The notes beneath the pieces are model-generated. The model made no database searches, was not told the DNA's origin, and saw only the letters and a program-made list of their open reading frames with translations. From Microcystaceae cyanobacterium (GTDB taxonomy: Bacteria > Cyanobacteriota > Cyanobacteriia > Cyanobacteriales > Microcystaceae), in the NCBI GenBank assembly GCA_041746575.1, contig JBGTGT010000084.1, positions 19,269-83,268 on the forward strand: DNA of 64,000 nt. Reading direction: 5' to 3'. The translations under genes were made by a program, and so were the position numbers. Positions 32,122-42,052 of the stretch are shown in pieces. Position 1 is the first letter of the stretch. Each line of letters starts with the position of its first letter.

Positions 32122-33198
32122 TTAACGAGACTTCCAAAAGTATTGTCCCATACTAATAATCAGTGTAATTACTGTCAAAGGAACTACGAAAAAACCCATT
32201 AATTGACGATATAGTGCCATATTTTCATAATTAACTGTATCTAAAATTAAATATCCTGTATAAGCCCCATAGTAAATTATAAATAAAATTCCTTCCCAAC
32301 GGGCAATTTGTCTTCCCGTTAAAAAGATAGGAAAACAAGCAATAGCCACGGCTATCATCAGGGGAATATCAAAAGACAAAGCCGCTTGTGAAACTTTAAT
32401 CCCTTGAGGAGAAATAATAGCTGTTGCTCCTAAGACAACTAAAATATTAAAGATATTACTACCGACTACATTACCCACTGAAATATCTTGTTCTTTTTTT
32501 AAACTAGCGATAATCGAACTGGCTAGTTCAGGTAAAGATGTTCCCATGGCAACAATCGTTAATCCAATCACTAATTCACTCACCCCAATCGTTTTAGCAA
32601 TCGCTACAGCACTATGAATAAGCCAATTCGAACCCAAAACAAGCATCCCTAATCCTCCTAATATTAAGAGGCTATCTTTGAGCCAAGTATTTGAGCTATC
32701 AGACTTATTAACAATTTCTTCTACTTCATCTGAGGTATTTTGTCCTTCTCGATAACTATTACATAACAAGAAAGTAGTATAAGCCAATCCACCACTTAAA
32801 AAGACAACGCCTTCCATTCTATTAATATTACCATCCCAAGCAAAAACCAAAGCAAAAATAGATGCAGCGATCATGATAGGGACATCAAAATGTAATAATT
32901 GTCGAGCAATATTCATCGGGGAAATAGAAGCACAAATTCCTAAAACAAATAAAACATTAAAAATATTACTACCCACCACATTGCCGATGGCAATATCGGA
33001 CTTACCTGTCAAAGCAGATTCTAGATTAACCGCCAATTCTGGCGAACTTGTGCCAAAAGCAACAATTGTTAATCCCACCACTAAAGAAGAAATACCGACC
33101 TTAACCGCTATCCGAGAAGCCCCATTAACTAAGCAGTCTGCCCCGAGAACTAATAATACTAATCCTGCAACCAATTGTATTAAAGTAATAATGCTCAT
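32122..33198 (-). CDS. Calcium/sodium antiporter (CaCA, YrbG-like)
   Basis: Two alpha repeats GTSSPEL and GTSLPEL, each followed by GNVVGSNIFN. Confidence 0.93.
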   Translation of the reverse strand: MSIITLIQLVAGLVLLVLGADCLVNGASRIAVKVGISSLVVGLTIVAFGTSSPELAVNLESALTGKSDIAIGNVVGSNIFNVLFVLGICASISPMNIARQLLHFDVPIMIAASIFALVFAWDGNINRMEGVVFLSGGLAYTTFLLCNSYREGQNTSDEVEEIVNKSDSSNTWLKDSLLILGGLGMLVLGSNWLIHSAVAIAKTIGVSELVIGLTIVAMGTSLPELASSIIASLKKEQDISVGNVVGSNIFNILVVLGATAIISPQGIKVSQAALSFDIPLMIAVAIACFPIFLTGRQIARWEGILFIIYYGAYTGYLILDTVNYENMALYRQLMGFFVVPLTVITLIISMGQYFWKSR

Positions 33199-33398
33199 AA
33201 AAAAGAGTTAAATCGTCAGTGGCTATTTGTTTACTATGACACAATTATCCAACCTACACTAGATCTCTAATGACGAAAATGGAGATAACTTCTTTACAAA
33301 ATTTAAAGTTTGGGTGAAATCCCTACTTAAACTCCTATAGATATCAGTCCAATCAATTCTTTACAATCAAGACAGATTACCATCATGAAGCTCGTATT

Positions 33399-34082
33399 AT
33401 GGCACTAGGAGATCAAATTTACGTTTATCGAGAACTGGGAAATTTACAGGGGGTTTATGAACATCATGGTATTGATTGCGGCGATGATACGGTCATTCAT
33501 TATCGTAAACCCAGTGAAACCATTGAACGCACCACTTTGTCCACTTTTTCAAGGGGCAATCCCGTCTATAAAAGAGATTATTTAGATGGCTTTTGTTTTA
33601 TTCCTGATGTGGTTGCCACTCGCGCGACAAAGCGGTTAGGAGAACAAAAATACAATCTCTTATTCAATAATTGTGAACATTTTGCTACTTGGTGTAAAAC
33701 GGGTATTAACGATAGCAAACAGATTCGAGAATTTATCCCTTTTATTACTAACTTCAACACAGACAATCTTTACGAACCCATTAGAAAATCTCTCAATATT
33801 CCTGATAGTAATAATGCTCAACGATTACTTAATGAAGCCTTGGGTAGCATTCAAGTAGCGTGGGATGATTTACAACCCCAGTACAAACAAATGATGGCAG
33901 AAGTCAATAGTTGGCAAAACGTGGCTATGGAAGCCCTCAAACGTCATCGAGAAGACCTTGCTAAAGCCGCCCTACAGAAAAAACTGGATTATGAAAAACA
34001 AGCGCAAGACCTTAAGATACAATTAGATCAACTGGCCAAGATGACAGAAGACGTCGTCAAAAAATTAATGCAGTTTGACTAA
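33399..34082 (+). CDS. LRAT/NC-domain (permuted NlpC/P60) acyltransferase-like protein with C-terminal PspA-like coiled coil
   Basis: YEHHGID, VIHY and YNLLFNNCEHFATWC; the tail WQNVAMEALKRHREDLAKAALQKK resembles PspA/Vipp1 helices. Confidence 0.8.
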   Translation: MALGDQIYVYRELGNLQGVYEHHGIDCGDDTVIHYRKPSETIERTTLSTFSRGNPVYKRDYLDGFCFIPDVVATRATKRLGEQKYNLLFNNCEHFATWCKTGINDSKQIREFIPFITNFNTDNLYEPIRKSLNIPDSNNAQRLLNEALGSIQVAWDDLQPQYKQMMAEVNSWQNVAMEALKRHREDLAKAALQKKLDYEKQAQDLKIQLDQLAKMTEDVVKKLMQFD

Positions 34083-34088
34083 AAACAA

Positions 34089-34883
34089 ATGAAAAATGTT
34101 GCCAAGCCTGTCTTAATTGAATTAAAAAGGGTACGAAAAAGCTTTGGAGATCTAGTTGTTCTCGATGACATGGATCTGACAATTTATGAAGGGGAAGCTT
34201 TAGTAATCATCGGTCCTTCTGGAACGGGAAAATCTACGATTCTACGCGTTATTGCTGGACTCATTCCTATGGATGCTGGAGAAATTTATATTAGAGGAAA
34301 AAAGCGTACCAAACTGGCTGAGGATGGGCAAGAATTAATGCGAATTTCACTTGTTTTTCAGCAAGCTGCCCTCTTTGATTCTCTCAGTGTTCGACAAAAT
34401 GTTGGCTTTTTATTATACGAACATTCTCGTCTTAGCGATGCAGAAATCAATACATTAGTGGAAGAAAAATTAGCAATGGTAGGATTACAGGGAATGGGCG
34501 ATCGCTATCCTTCTCAGCTATCAGGAGGAATGCAAAAAAGAGCGAGTTTTGCCCGCGCCATTATGACCAATCCAGCGAATTCTCATGATGATCCTGAAAT
34601 TATTCTTTATGATGAACCAACAGCCGGATTAGATCCGATTTCTTCTACGATTATTGAAGATTTAGTTCGTCATTTGCAAACCTCTTTAGGAGGATGTAAA
34701 ACCTATGTTATGGTCACTCACCAAAATAGTACCATTCGACGAACAGCTGATCGCGTGATTTTTTTATATCAAGGAAAAGTACAATGGCAGGGAACGGTAA
34801 ATGAACTGGATATCACGGATAATCCTCTCGTTCGTCAGTTTTTTAGTGGAAATATTAAAGGGCCGATTCAAGTGATTGATTAA
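34089..34883 (+). CDS. ABC transporter ATP-binding protein, MlaF/TGD3-like
   Basis: GPSGTGKS, VFQQAALFDSL, LSGGMQKR, YDEPTAGLDP and C-terminal NPLVRQFFSG..GPI. Confidence 0.88.
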   Translation: MKNVAKPVLIELKRVRKSFGDLVVLDDMDLTIYEGEALVIIGPSGTGKSTILRVIAGLIPMDAGEIYIRGKKRTKLAEDGQELMRISLVFQQAALFDSLSVRQNVGFLLYEHSRLSDAEINTLVEEKLAMVGLQGMGDRYPSQLSGGMQKRASFARAIMTNPANSHDDPEIILYDEPTAGLDPISSTIIEDLVRHLQTSLGGCKTYVMVTHQNSTIRRTADRVIFLYQGKVQWQGTVNELDITDNPLVRQFFSGNIKGPIQVID

Positions 34884-34963
34884 TTTTAGCAGAGAGATTA
34901 TGTTTCAAATGACCTTTGTTAGCACTCGATTTTAGCGGTACTTTGACATTCAAATAACCCTTG

Positions 34964-35929
34964 TTAATTAAATTTCCCCTCTTTTAACGCTAACATATTT
35001 AATAAAGTACATTCCCAAACGAGGCGAGGTTGCACATAGCTTAATAGTGCTTTTTTGGCTTCCTCTAAGAGTTCTAAATAAGTCTTATTTTGTTGCTTTT
35101 GCCAATAGAAATGTTGTAAATAATCGATTAGCCATAACTGCATTTCTGAATCCAAATCTTGAGCAATTAATTTACTTAGCTTTAAAGCATTAATTGGATG
35201 GGTAATGGGTTCAGTTAGTTTTTCTTTGAGTATTTTGGGTAATTCTTGCCACTGTTGAGAAGACTTAATCGCCTCTCCCGGCGACCCTTGGGCGATCGCT
35301 AACAGTTCTGGATGTTGTAAAATTTGCCCATAACCCTTTTGTTGTAAAATCTCTGCCATCAATTCAGCCGATAAGCGATAAAAAGGAATTCGTTGACAAC
35401 GGGAAACAATGGTAGAAATGAGAGAATCTAGACGAGGTGCTAGTAAAATTAACGTTGCTTTTCTAGGCTCCTCCAAGGTTTTTAATAAGCCATTAGCGGC
35501 AGCTTCTGTCATCGTATGTGCCGCTTCAATCACCACCACCAAACGAGATGCTTCTAGGGGAGGACGACTGAGAAATTGACTAATTTGTCGCACTTGTTCA
35601 ATCCGCAGTTGAGGAGGCGTTTTGCGAGCAAGTCCTTTTTCGGACGCTTCTTTGGCATTATATAACTGTCCCTGATGCTGATAGGTGGGTTCAACCCATA
35701 GCAAATCAGGATGATTACCTTCTTGAATCTTATGAGTTGAAATTGTCTTTTTTCCGTCGGGTAAATCGAAAAGAAGTAGTAACTTAGCAAATTCTTTTGC
35801 TGTTAATGCTTTACCTATTCCTGCCACGCCAAAGAATAGATAAGCAGGGGCAATCCTTTGCCGTTTTAAAGCCTGACGAAGTAACTCAATTCCTTGGACT
35901 TGTCCTTTTATTTCATTAAAATCGCTCAT
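34964..35929 (-). CDS. holB: DNA polymerase III subunit delta'
   Basis: APAYLFFG, NHPDL, AANGLLKTLEEP, TIVSRCQ and VQPRLVWE. Confidence 0.92.
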   Translation of the reverse strand: MSDFNEIKGQVQGIELLRQALKRQRIAPAYLFFGVAGIGKALTAKEFAKLLLLFDLPDGKKTISTHKIQEGNHPDLLWVEPTYQHQGQLYNAKEASEKGLARKTPPQLRIEQVRQISQFLSRPPLEASRLVVVIEAAHTMTEAAANGLLKTLEEPRKATLILLAPRLDSLISTIVSRCQRIPFYRLSAELMAEILQQKGYGQILQHPELLAIAQGSPGEAIKSSQQWQELPKILKEKLTEPITHPINALKLSKLIAQDLDSEMQLWLIDYLQHFYWQKQQNKTYLELLEEAKKALLSYVQPRLVWECTLLNMLALKEGKFN

Positions 35930-36067
35930 TTTAAACTTTTTTGCAGAAAAATGACCTCATTTCATTAAAAACTAATGTTAAACTAACCCTTGCTAAAGCC
36001 ATAGAGTAATAATTTTCATTATACAAGAGAAATAAGCCAAATATCCTCTAAATTCAGGAAAGACTAA

Positions 36068-36113
36068 GGGTCATCGGTACTCCGGCTTGGAAAGCCGGAG
36101 CCTGCGATGACTT
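36068..36113 (+). ncRNA. GC-rich structured RNA candidate (stem - internal loop - stem)
   Basis: GTCATCG-gta-CTCCGGCTT-gga-AAGCCGGAG-cctg-CGATGAC within a very AT-rich divergent intergenic region. Family not recognised and strand uncertain. Confidence 0.45.
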
Positions 36114-36226
36114 CGTAATATTAATTTTCTTTAAATCTTAAATTCTGTTTAATGGGTGGGAGGAAATAAAATAAACTTAAAATAGAGACGAGAGAATCGG
36201 AATCAGGGAACAAAATTGAGGGAAGA

Positions 36227-37783
36227 ATGGACAGATTTGATCAACTCCAACAACAATTAAAACATCGCTGGACGGGAGAAGATACTCTCGATCAAGATGA
36301 TTATGACATCTTAGTTCTGCCCTCTTTTAGTATTGATCAACGGGTCGGCCAAAAAATTGAAGGCTTCCTTCATTACGAAGAACGACTGCTTTTTTCGCTG
36401 ATTCGTTTGCGTCATCCGAAAAATCGCCTGATTTACGTGACGGCTCAACCCCTTTCACCCATTATCATTGAGTATTACCTGCAACTTCTCCCCGGTATTC
36501 CCTTTTCCCATGCTCGCAATCGACTCCTGTTGTTGACAACTTATGATAATTCTTTTAAACCCCTCACCCAAAAACTATTAGAACGTCCTCGTTTGGTGGC
36601 ACGGATTCGTCAGGCAATGCGTCCTAATAAATCCTATATTGTTTGTTTTAATGCCACCCCCTTAGAACAGGAACTATCTGCTCAATTAGACGTTCCTTTG
36701 TTTGCTTCTAGTCCGAAACTCAGTTATTGGGGGTCAAAAAGTGGCAGTCGAGAAATTTTTGCGGAGTGTCAGATTCCTCATCCCGATGGCAGTTCTCAAA
36801 TTCATTCAGTTAAACAGTTGATTCAATCGTCTGCTGAACTCTGGCAAAGAAATCCAAGGCTTAAACGGATGGTAATCAAGCTAAATGAAGGTTTTTCGGG
36901 CGAAGGCAATGCAATTCTTGATTTAAGACCAATTTTATCGGATAGTTCCCACGAGCTGTCCTTAGATGAACGAGAAAGACTAATAGCTGACAACCTTGAA
37001 AAAATGAGCTTTCAAGCAGAAGATGAAACATGGCAGACTTTTTCTCGCCGAATTCCTGAATTAGGTACAATTGTCGAAGAATTTGTTGAAGGAGAACTTA
37101 AGCGATCGCCCAGTGTGCAAGGGTACATTACCCCTCAAGGAAAAGTTGAAATTCTCTCTACCCATGATCAGATTTTAGGAGGTCCCGATGGACAAGTCTA
37201 TCTGGGCTGTCGTTTTCCGGCAGATAGTGCCTATCGTTTACGTCTTCAAGAGATAGGCTTAATTATTGGCAAATCTTTAGCTGAAAAAGGAGCAATGGAG
37301 CGATTTGGCGTGGATTTTGTAGCAGTCTGCCAAGGCGATCGCTGGGATTTGCAAGCCATTGAAATTAATTTAAGAAAAGGGGGAACAACGCATCCTTTTA
37401 TGACGCTAAAATTTTTAACGAACGGGGTCTATGATTATGCCAGTGGACTATTTTTCGGTACATCCAAACAAGATAAATATTATCTATCTTCTGATAATTT
37501 ACAAAAACCGCAATATCGAGGCTTAATTCCCGAAGATTTAATGGAAATTGTTGCCAAATATCGTCTTAATTTTGATACCGGCACTAAAACAGGAACCGTG
37601 TTTCATTTGATGGGTGCTTTATCGGAATTTGGTAAATTAGGTTTAACCTGTGTGGGAAATTCTTGGCAGGAAGCAGAGGAGATTTATCAACGGGTGGAAT
37701 CGGTTCTAGATGAGGAAACTCAACCCTTAGTGCTTACTCATTTTAAGGCGGATTCTTCTATTTTACCGATTACTTGGACTTGA
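36227..37783 (+). CDS. Peptide ligase PGM1-related ATP-grasp protein
   Basis: HYEERLL, KSGSR, IKLNEGFSGEGNA, SPSVQ, STHDQILGG, GVDF and EINLRKGGTTHP. Confidence 0.85.
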   Translation: MDRFDQLQQQLKHRWTGEDTLDQDDYDILVLPSFSIDQRVGQKIEGFLHYEERLLFSLIRLRHPKNRLIYVTAQPLSPIIIEYYLQLLPGIPFSHARNRLLLLTTYDNSFKPLTQKLLERPRLVARIRQAMRPNKSYIVCFNATPLEQELSAQLDVPLFASSPKLSYWGSKSGSREIFAECQIPHPDGSSQIHSVKQLIQSSAELWQRNPRLKRMVIKLNEGFSGEGNAILDLRPILSDSSHELSLDERERLIADNLEKMSFQAEDETWQTFSRRIPELGTIVEEFVEGELKRSPSVQGYITPQGKVEILSTHDQILGGPDGQVYLGCRFPADSAYRLRLQEIGLIIGKSLAEKGAMERFGVDFVAVCQGDRWDLQAIEINLRKGGTTHPFMTLKFLTNGVYDYASGLFFGTSKQDKYYLSSDNLQKPQYRGLIPEDLMEIVAKYRLNFDTGTKTGTVFHLMGALSEFGKLGLTCVGNSWQEAEEIYQRVESVLDEETQPLVLTHFKADSSILPITWT

Positions 37784-37897
37784 ATTATAAATTATCTAAC
37801 GCAAATTTTTAGGTTAATCCCTTCAGAATTGCCTGAATAAAGTGCAATAAAGATCAGCAGAAAAGCACTTTTTAACTGTTTTTTGTTATCCATTTAT

Positions 37898-37913
37898 CGT
37901 GATCGAAATCACT
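37898..37913 (+). promoter_or_regulatory. CRP-like box upstream of candidate sRNA
   Basis: cGTGA-tcgaaa-TCACt, 20 nt before -10-like GATACT (37934-37939). Confidence 0.45.
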
Positions 37914-37945
37914 GATTTTAGAGCAGTAAATAAGATACTAGAAAT

Positions 37946-38020
37946 AGGCACAGAAGCTTATCTTTTGTGTTTAGCAAACTTGGAATTTTTGAGTCACTGT
38001 TAATTCAGTGGCTTTTTCTT
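37946..38020 (+). ncRNA. Candidate ~75-nt sRNA with intrinsic terminator
   Basis: 5' hairpin GCACAGAAG/CTTTTGTGT and 3' hairpin GAGTCACTG-ttaatt-CAGTGGCTT followed by a T-tract; no ORF; promoter elements directly upstream. Confidence 0.4.
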
Positions 38021-38263
38021 GATGATATAAAACTGAGTAAAAAAATAGATTACGACTAACTGATTCTAGAAACTTGTCGAAATAATTTAATTTATATCCT
38101 TTTAGGCGCAAACCTGATACCTCTAAAGTCAACTTTTCTTAGAAAATTAGAAAATAAATAAAACGCTAAAGCTCTCGCCGTGATAAGCATGCGAATATTC
38201 ATTTTATTTTAACTTAAATATGTAGTGCTAATAAAATTAACGACTAATAAATCGAGTCAACGG

Positions 38264-39508
38264 TTAAATTTGATGAGACAACTTTAGAGAAGATAAATCT
38301 AGATCTTTATGAACTAAACTATAAACGATTGAATAGGCTTCAAGTAAATTAATCAACCACGTAATCTTCTCTTGAGGAACAAATTTATAATTGTCGAACA
38401 ATTGAAAAAGTTTCAACTCTAAAGTAGATTTTAGTTGAGGAGATAGCAAAATTAATTTCATTAATAGTCCAATCACTTCTGCGGAGTTAAAATAAGTCAT
38501 TAAGCTAGGTAAAGAGGAAGAGGGGGGAGAAGAAGACGTATCAAGAATGAGGAAATTTAAAATTCGGCGATTGCCTTGCAATAGAGAAGACTTGTTGAAA
38601 GTTGGCTTAGACACCTCACTCAAAATAGATTGAAGATGCACAAAAAGGGACTGTATAAATTGACGTTGCCGATCCTGTGTAGAATATTCAATGAGATCAC
38701 GAAAAAGATAATTTAAAAGCTCGATAGCAGTGAATGCTTGACTTTGATACGAAGGCGTTGACTGAGCGGTGTTAGCGAGTCGGTATAATATATCGTTGAT
38801 TTGCTGATCACTCAGTAAAGTGGGATTAGTGACTGGGCGCAATAAACGTCCTGCTCCCTGAGTCAACTGTCTGGCTTTGAGAATTTGCAGTAATCGAATG
38901 CGGTAAATGGCAAATTTAGTCAATTCGGCAGAGAAATGCTGACGTTTTTTCTTTCTCAGGAGACTGAGCATTTTCAGATAATCAGGATGAGCATCCAAGT
39001 TGAGAAAACTATACTTATATAGGAATGGATAGCGAGGAAGTAAGTTTTCTAAAGTATTTTGGGGTATCGGAACAATGGGACATTCCAAATCTCCCAGAAT
39101 GGGGTTCATTACCCTTTTTAAAGGTAAATATGTGGAACTTTTGACAAAGTTTCGTGTCCATTTTTCAGGGCGGCTTGCATTCCGGGGGGCAATTTGGGCA
39201 AAAGTATCTAAGTGGTGAAATAATGCCGCGATGATGAAAGGATTGGGTTGTTGCTGATACCAGTGGCTGATGAGGATTTGACAGCAATGGTTTAAGACTC
39301 GATGGAAAGCGTCTTCGGTCAGTTTTTCTAAAGTTGCTAAAATCTTTTGATCAGGAAAATCTTTTTTGTCCTGAGTCAAAGCAATAAATGCTTGAAGCAC
39401 TTGTTCAGGGGATTGACATTGAACACGATCGCGGAAATAGTCACAAATTTCGTTGCCAGAGGAAAAAGTGTCTAAATATTCACTGCTGACAAATTGAAGT
39501 AAAGGCAT
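38264..39508 (-). CDS. Conserved-type cyanobacterial hypothetical protein (all-helical), last gene of the c-di-GMP operon
   Basis: 414-aa ORF with GAGAG SD, 54 nt after the FHA-GGDEF-EAL stop. Motifs LLPRYPFLY and NPTLLSD resemble a cyanobacterial family of unknown function. Confidence 0.7.
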   Translation of the reverse strand: MPLLQFVSSEYLDTFSSGNEICDYFRDRVQCQSPEQVLQAFIALTQDKKDFPDQKILATLEKLTEDAFHRVLNHCCQILISHWYQQQPNPFIIAALFHHLDTFAQIAPRNASRPEKWTRNFVKSSTYLPLKRVMNPILGDLECPIVPIPQNTLENLLPRYPFLYKYSFLNLDAHPDYLKMLSLLRKKKRQHFSAELTKFAIYRIRLLQILKARQLTQGAGRLLRPVTNPTLLSDQQINDILYRLANTAQSTPSYQSQAFTAIELLNYLFRDLIEYSTQDRQRQFIQSLFVHLQSILSEVSKPTFNKSSLLQGNRRILNFLILDTSSSPPSSSLPSLMTYFNSAEVIGLLMKLILLSPQLKSTLELKLFQLFDNYKFVPQEKITWLINLLEAYSIVYSLVHKDLDLSSLKLSHQI

Positions 39509-39562
39509 TTAATTACTCTCAAAAAAGATTAATATTCGTCATCGTCTTTCTAAAAAACGGAT

Positions 39563-41314
39563 TTAGAGGATACTGGCTCTGTAAGTTTTTAAAAAGTCAG
39601 TTGCCTGTTCAACTGTTAGAGGACGACTGATGAGAAACCCTTGAATTTGTTCACACTCTAGTTGTTGTAGTAAGCAAAATTGTGCTGAGGTTTCTACTCC
39701 TTCCGCAACTGAAGTTAAATCAAGTGACTTAGTAGCAGCGATGATGGAAGCAATGAGGCGAAAAGCGTTCAGATCATTCGTAAGTTGCTGAACACAGGCT
39801 TGAGCAATTTTGAGCTTTTTAAAAGGAAATTGAAGAAGATGGGTCAAAGAAGAATACCCGGTACCGAAATCGTCTAGAGATAGGCTGATTCCTAATTGAT
39901 TCAACCGTTTCAGAGTGATGCCAACCGAAGAGATATTCGTTAGTAAAGACTTTTCGCTGATTTCCAATTCTAACCATTGAGGATCGAGTCCTGTTTTCGT
40001 CAGCACCTGTGCCACTAAATAGGCGAAACGATCTAGTTCTAGCTGGCGATAGGAAAGATTAACACCTATTTTAAGGGGAGAGAGTCCAATATCTTGCCAT
40101 TGGCGGTTTTGTTGACAGGCAGTTTCTAAAATCCACTCACACAACGGTAATATGGCTTCGGTTTGCTCGGCAGCACCAATAAAACGATGAGGAGTCACTA
40201 AACCCCGCAGCGGATGATGCCAACGCAATAAAGCTTCCATCGCTACAATTTGTCCCGTTATGCGATCTACTTGCGGTTGGTAGAATAGGGCAAGCTGTTG
40301 TTGTTTTAGTGCATTGAGAAGACTGGATTCTACTTTTTTGAGGGAAGAGATCTGAGTTTCAGAGAACTTTGAGGCGATTAAAGAATCACAAGAAACTGTC
40401 TGCGCTCTAGCTTGATCTTCTAATTCAGTTAAGGTGATCCCTACTTGGGGATAGAGTGCCATTCCTATCTTAAAATGGAGGGAAAGTCCCTCATGTTGCA
40501 GGTTTATCGGTTTTTGCAAGTTTTGAAGGATTCTTTGCTTAACTAAGTCGCCATCGGCAGGACTATTGAGTTTCGTCAAGAGAATCATAAATTCGCTATC
40601 TGCCCAACGAGCCACAATGTCAGCCGAGCGGACACACGCGTTTAACACTTGGGCGACTTTTTGCAGAAGTTTATTAGCTAGATCGTTGCCCAGTTGTTGG
40701 CAAATTTCGGTAAAATCAGACAAATTTATGGAGATGATAGCCATTGAATAGTCTTGTCTCTCAGCATTCTTGAGAGCAAGGGAAAAGTGTTCTCTAAATA
40801 GCGTCTGAGTGGGCAAATGGGTTAGGGGATCGTTAAAGCTCAGAGATTGATGGGTTTCGTAAGGGTTCAGTTCAGCCTCTAGGAGTTCAGAGATGTCATC
40901 TAGGATTAGGGTAGAAGCATCGTGAACTGAGGACAAATCCTTAATTATTCTTTTGTTTTGCAAAGAGTCTTGTATAACGTGATAACTCGCATTCACCCCA
41001 CACCCAAAATTAATTAAATCTCCATTTTTTAGTTCTTGGGCTAGGCAAGATTTTCCGTTGATATATACTCCGTTATGACTTTGTTGTCCTTCAAGGTCGC
41101 CATCGATGATCCAAAAAGAAGAACGGTTTTGTTGAAGGTTTTGACGACGAACTAGAGTCGCATGATGACGGGATGCCTGTGGAGAATCAATCACAATGGC
41201 ACTCTGCGGATGGCGACCAATAGAGTAAATATCTTGCTCTAAAGTAATGTTTCTTTGACTTTTTGAGTCTTCAATAACCAAACAATAGATTGTATTCGTA
41301 GCAGTAGATTTCAT
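39563..41314 (-). CDS. FHA - degenerate GGDEF - EAL protein
   Basis: FHA (IGRH, SRHH, SHNG); GGDEF replaced by ADSEF with I-site RSAD retained; EAL domain MEALLRW, DDFGTGYSS, EGVE. ATG 41314 with GAGGTG SD. Confidence 0.9.
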   Translation of the reverse strand: MKSTATNTIYCLVIEDSKSQRNITLEQDIYSIGRHPQSAIVIDSPQASRHHATLVRRQNLQQNRSSFWIIDGDLEGQQSHNGVYINGKSCLAQELKNGDLINFGCGVNASYHVIQDSLQNKRIIKDLSSVHDASTLILDDISELLEAELNPYETHQSLSFNDPLTHLPTQTLFREHFSLALKNAERQDYSMAIISINLSDFTEICQQLGNDLANKLLQKVAQVLNACVRSADIVARWADSEFMILLTKLNSPADGDLVKQRILQNLQKPINLQHEGLSLHFKIGMALYPQVGITLTELEDQARAQTVSCDSLIASKFSETQISSLKKVESSLLNALKQQQLALFYQPQVDRITGQIVAMEALLRWHHPLRGLVTPHRFIGAAEQTEAILPLCEWILETACQQNRQWQDIGLSPLKIGVNLSYRQLELDRFAYLVAQVLTKTGLDPQWLELEISEKSLLTNISSVGITLKRLNQLGISLSLDDFGTGYSSLTHLLQFPFKKLKIAQACVQQLTNDLNAFRLIASIIAATKSLDLTSVAEGVETSAQFCLLQQLECEQIQGFLISRPLTVEQATDFLKTYRASIL

Positions 41315-41534
41315 AAAAGTCACCTCTTAAGTTCACTAATTTTATCGATTTCAGAAAATATCGTCCGTTTTTTGCTTTACAATGCTTAAAATGCCTCTTC
41401 GCCCATTTCAGCCAAGCTCGGAGGGCTTGTTCTTCGGTCGGGTAATTAAAACCTACGATTGAAGGACAATTAGACGAATTAAGGCGATAGTCCGAAACGT
41501 ATAGACCTCCTTGAGGGCTAAATGAATAAAACAC
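41271..41534 (-). CDS. Possible small protein overlapping the FHA gene start
   Basis: 87 aa from GTG with GAGGGG SD 9 nt upstream; 3' end overlaps the next gene by 44 nt. Confidence 0.4.
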   Translation of the reverse strand: MFYSFSPQGGLYVSDYRLNSSNCPSIVGFNYPTEEQALRAWLKWAKRHFKHCKAKNGRYFLKSIKLVNLRGDFYEIYCYEYNLLFGY

Positions 41535-41649
41535 AATTTTTGTCCCCTCAGTATTAGGTAGTTGAAGAATTCTCCGTAAATGTAGACAAATCGCTATATA
41601 CAGTTATTTAGCACCACAGTGTTAGGAAGCTAAGGCAGGGCAGCGTTTC

Positions 41650-41901
41650 TTACTGTAATTTTGAAAGCAAAATTAACTCGATTACTTCTTCAATCTTCTT
41701 GACAACATTTTCCTCTTGAAATTGAGTTTTTAATTTCGTTAGCCTATCTAGAGCTTCAGCAGAATAAAGATTGCTTTGTTGTTGATCTCGCATAAACCTC
41801 AGGTAATCAGGCGATAACTCAGTGCTTTCCCATTCTTTAAATAATAAGTAACTGAATTGAGTCTGGTTCAAAGGATGGCGATTCATGGTTGGATTATTCA
41901 T
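41650..41901 (-). CDS. Small helical hypothetical protein
   Basis: 83-aa ORF co-oriented in the cluster and preceded by a CRP-box/-10 promoter about 33 nt upstream. Confidence 0.55.
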   Translation of the reverse strand: MNNPTMNRHPLNQTQFSYLLFKEWESTELSPDYLRFMRDQQQSNLYSAEALDRLTKLKTQFQEENVVKKIEEVIELILLSKLQ

Positions 41902-41940
41902 CGGTAATGAGCCGGAGGATTATATAAAGTAATATATAAA

Positions 41941-41983
41941 AATGTAACGAATATATGACGAATTTACCGTGACGTTTGTCACA
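41941..41983 (-). promoter_or_regulatory. Class II CRP-type promoter
   Basis: Minus strand TGTGA-caaacg-TCACg (41983-41968), 21 nt spacer, then TACATT (41946-41941). Confidence 0.65.
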
Positions 41984-42052
41984 ACCGGTCAGTGATTAAT
42001 CTAATATAACGAATGAGCTTTTTTTAAATTGACACCGACTTAGCCGATAAAG

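Noticed and set aside
36227..37783. PGM1-like ATP-grasp as part of a RiPP/peptide biosynthetic cluster
   Set aside because: No precursor peptide, NRPS or tailoring genes adjacent.
41603..41618. Fifth CRP box (TGTGG-tgctaa-ATAAC) before the 87-aa ORF
   Set aside because: Poor second half-site and 18-nt rather than 21-nt spacing to TACATT.
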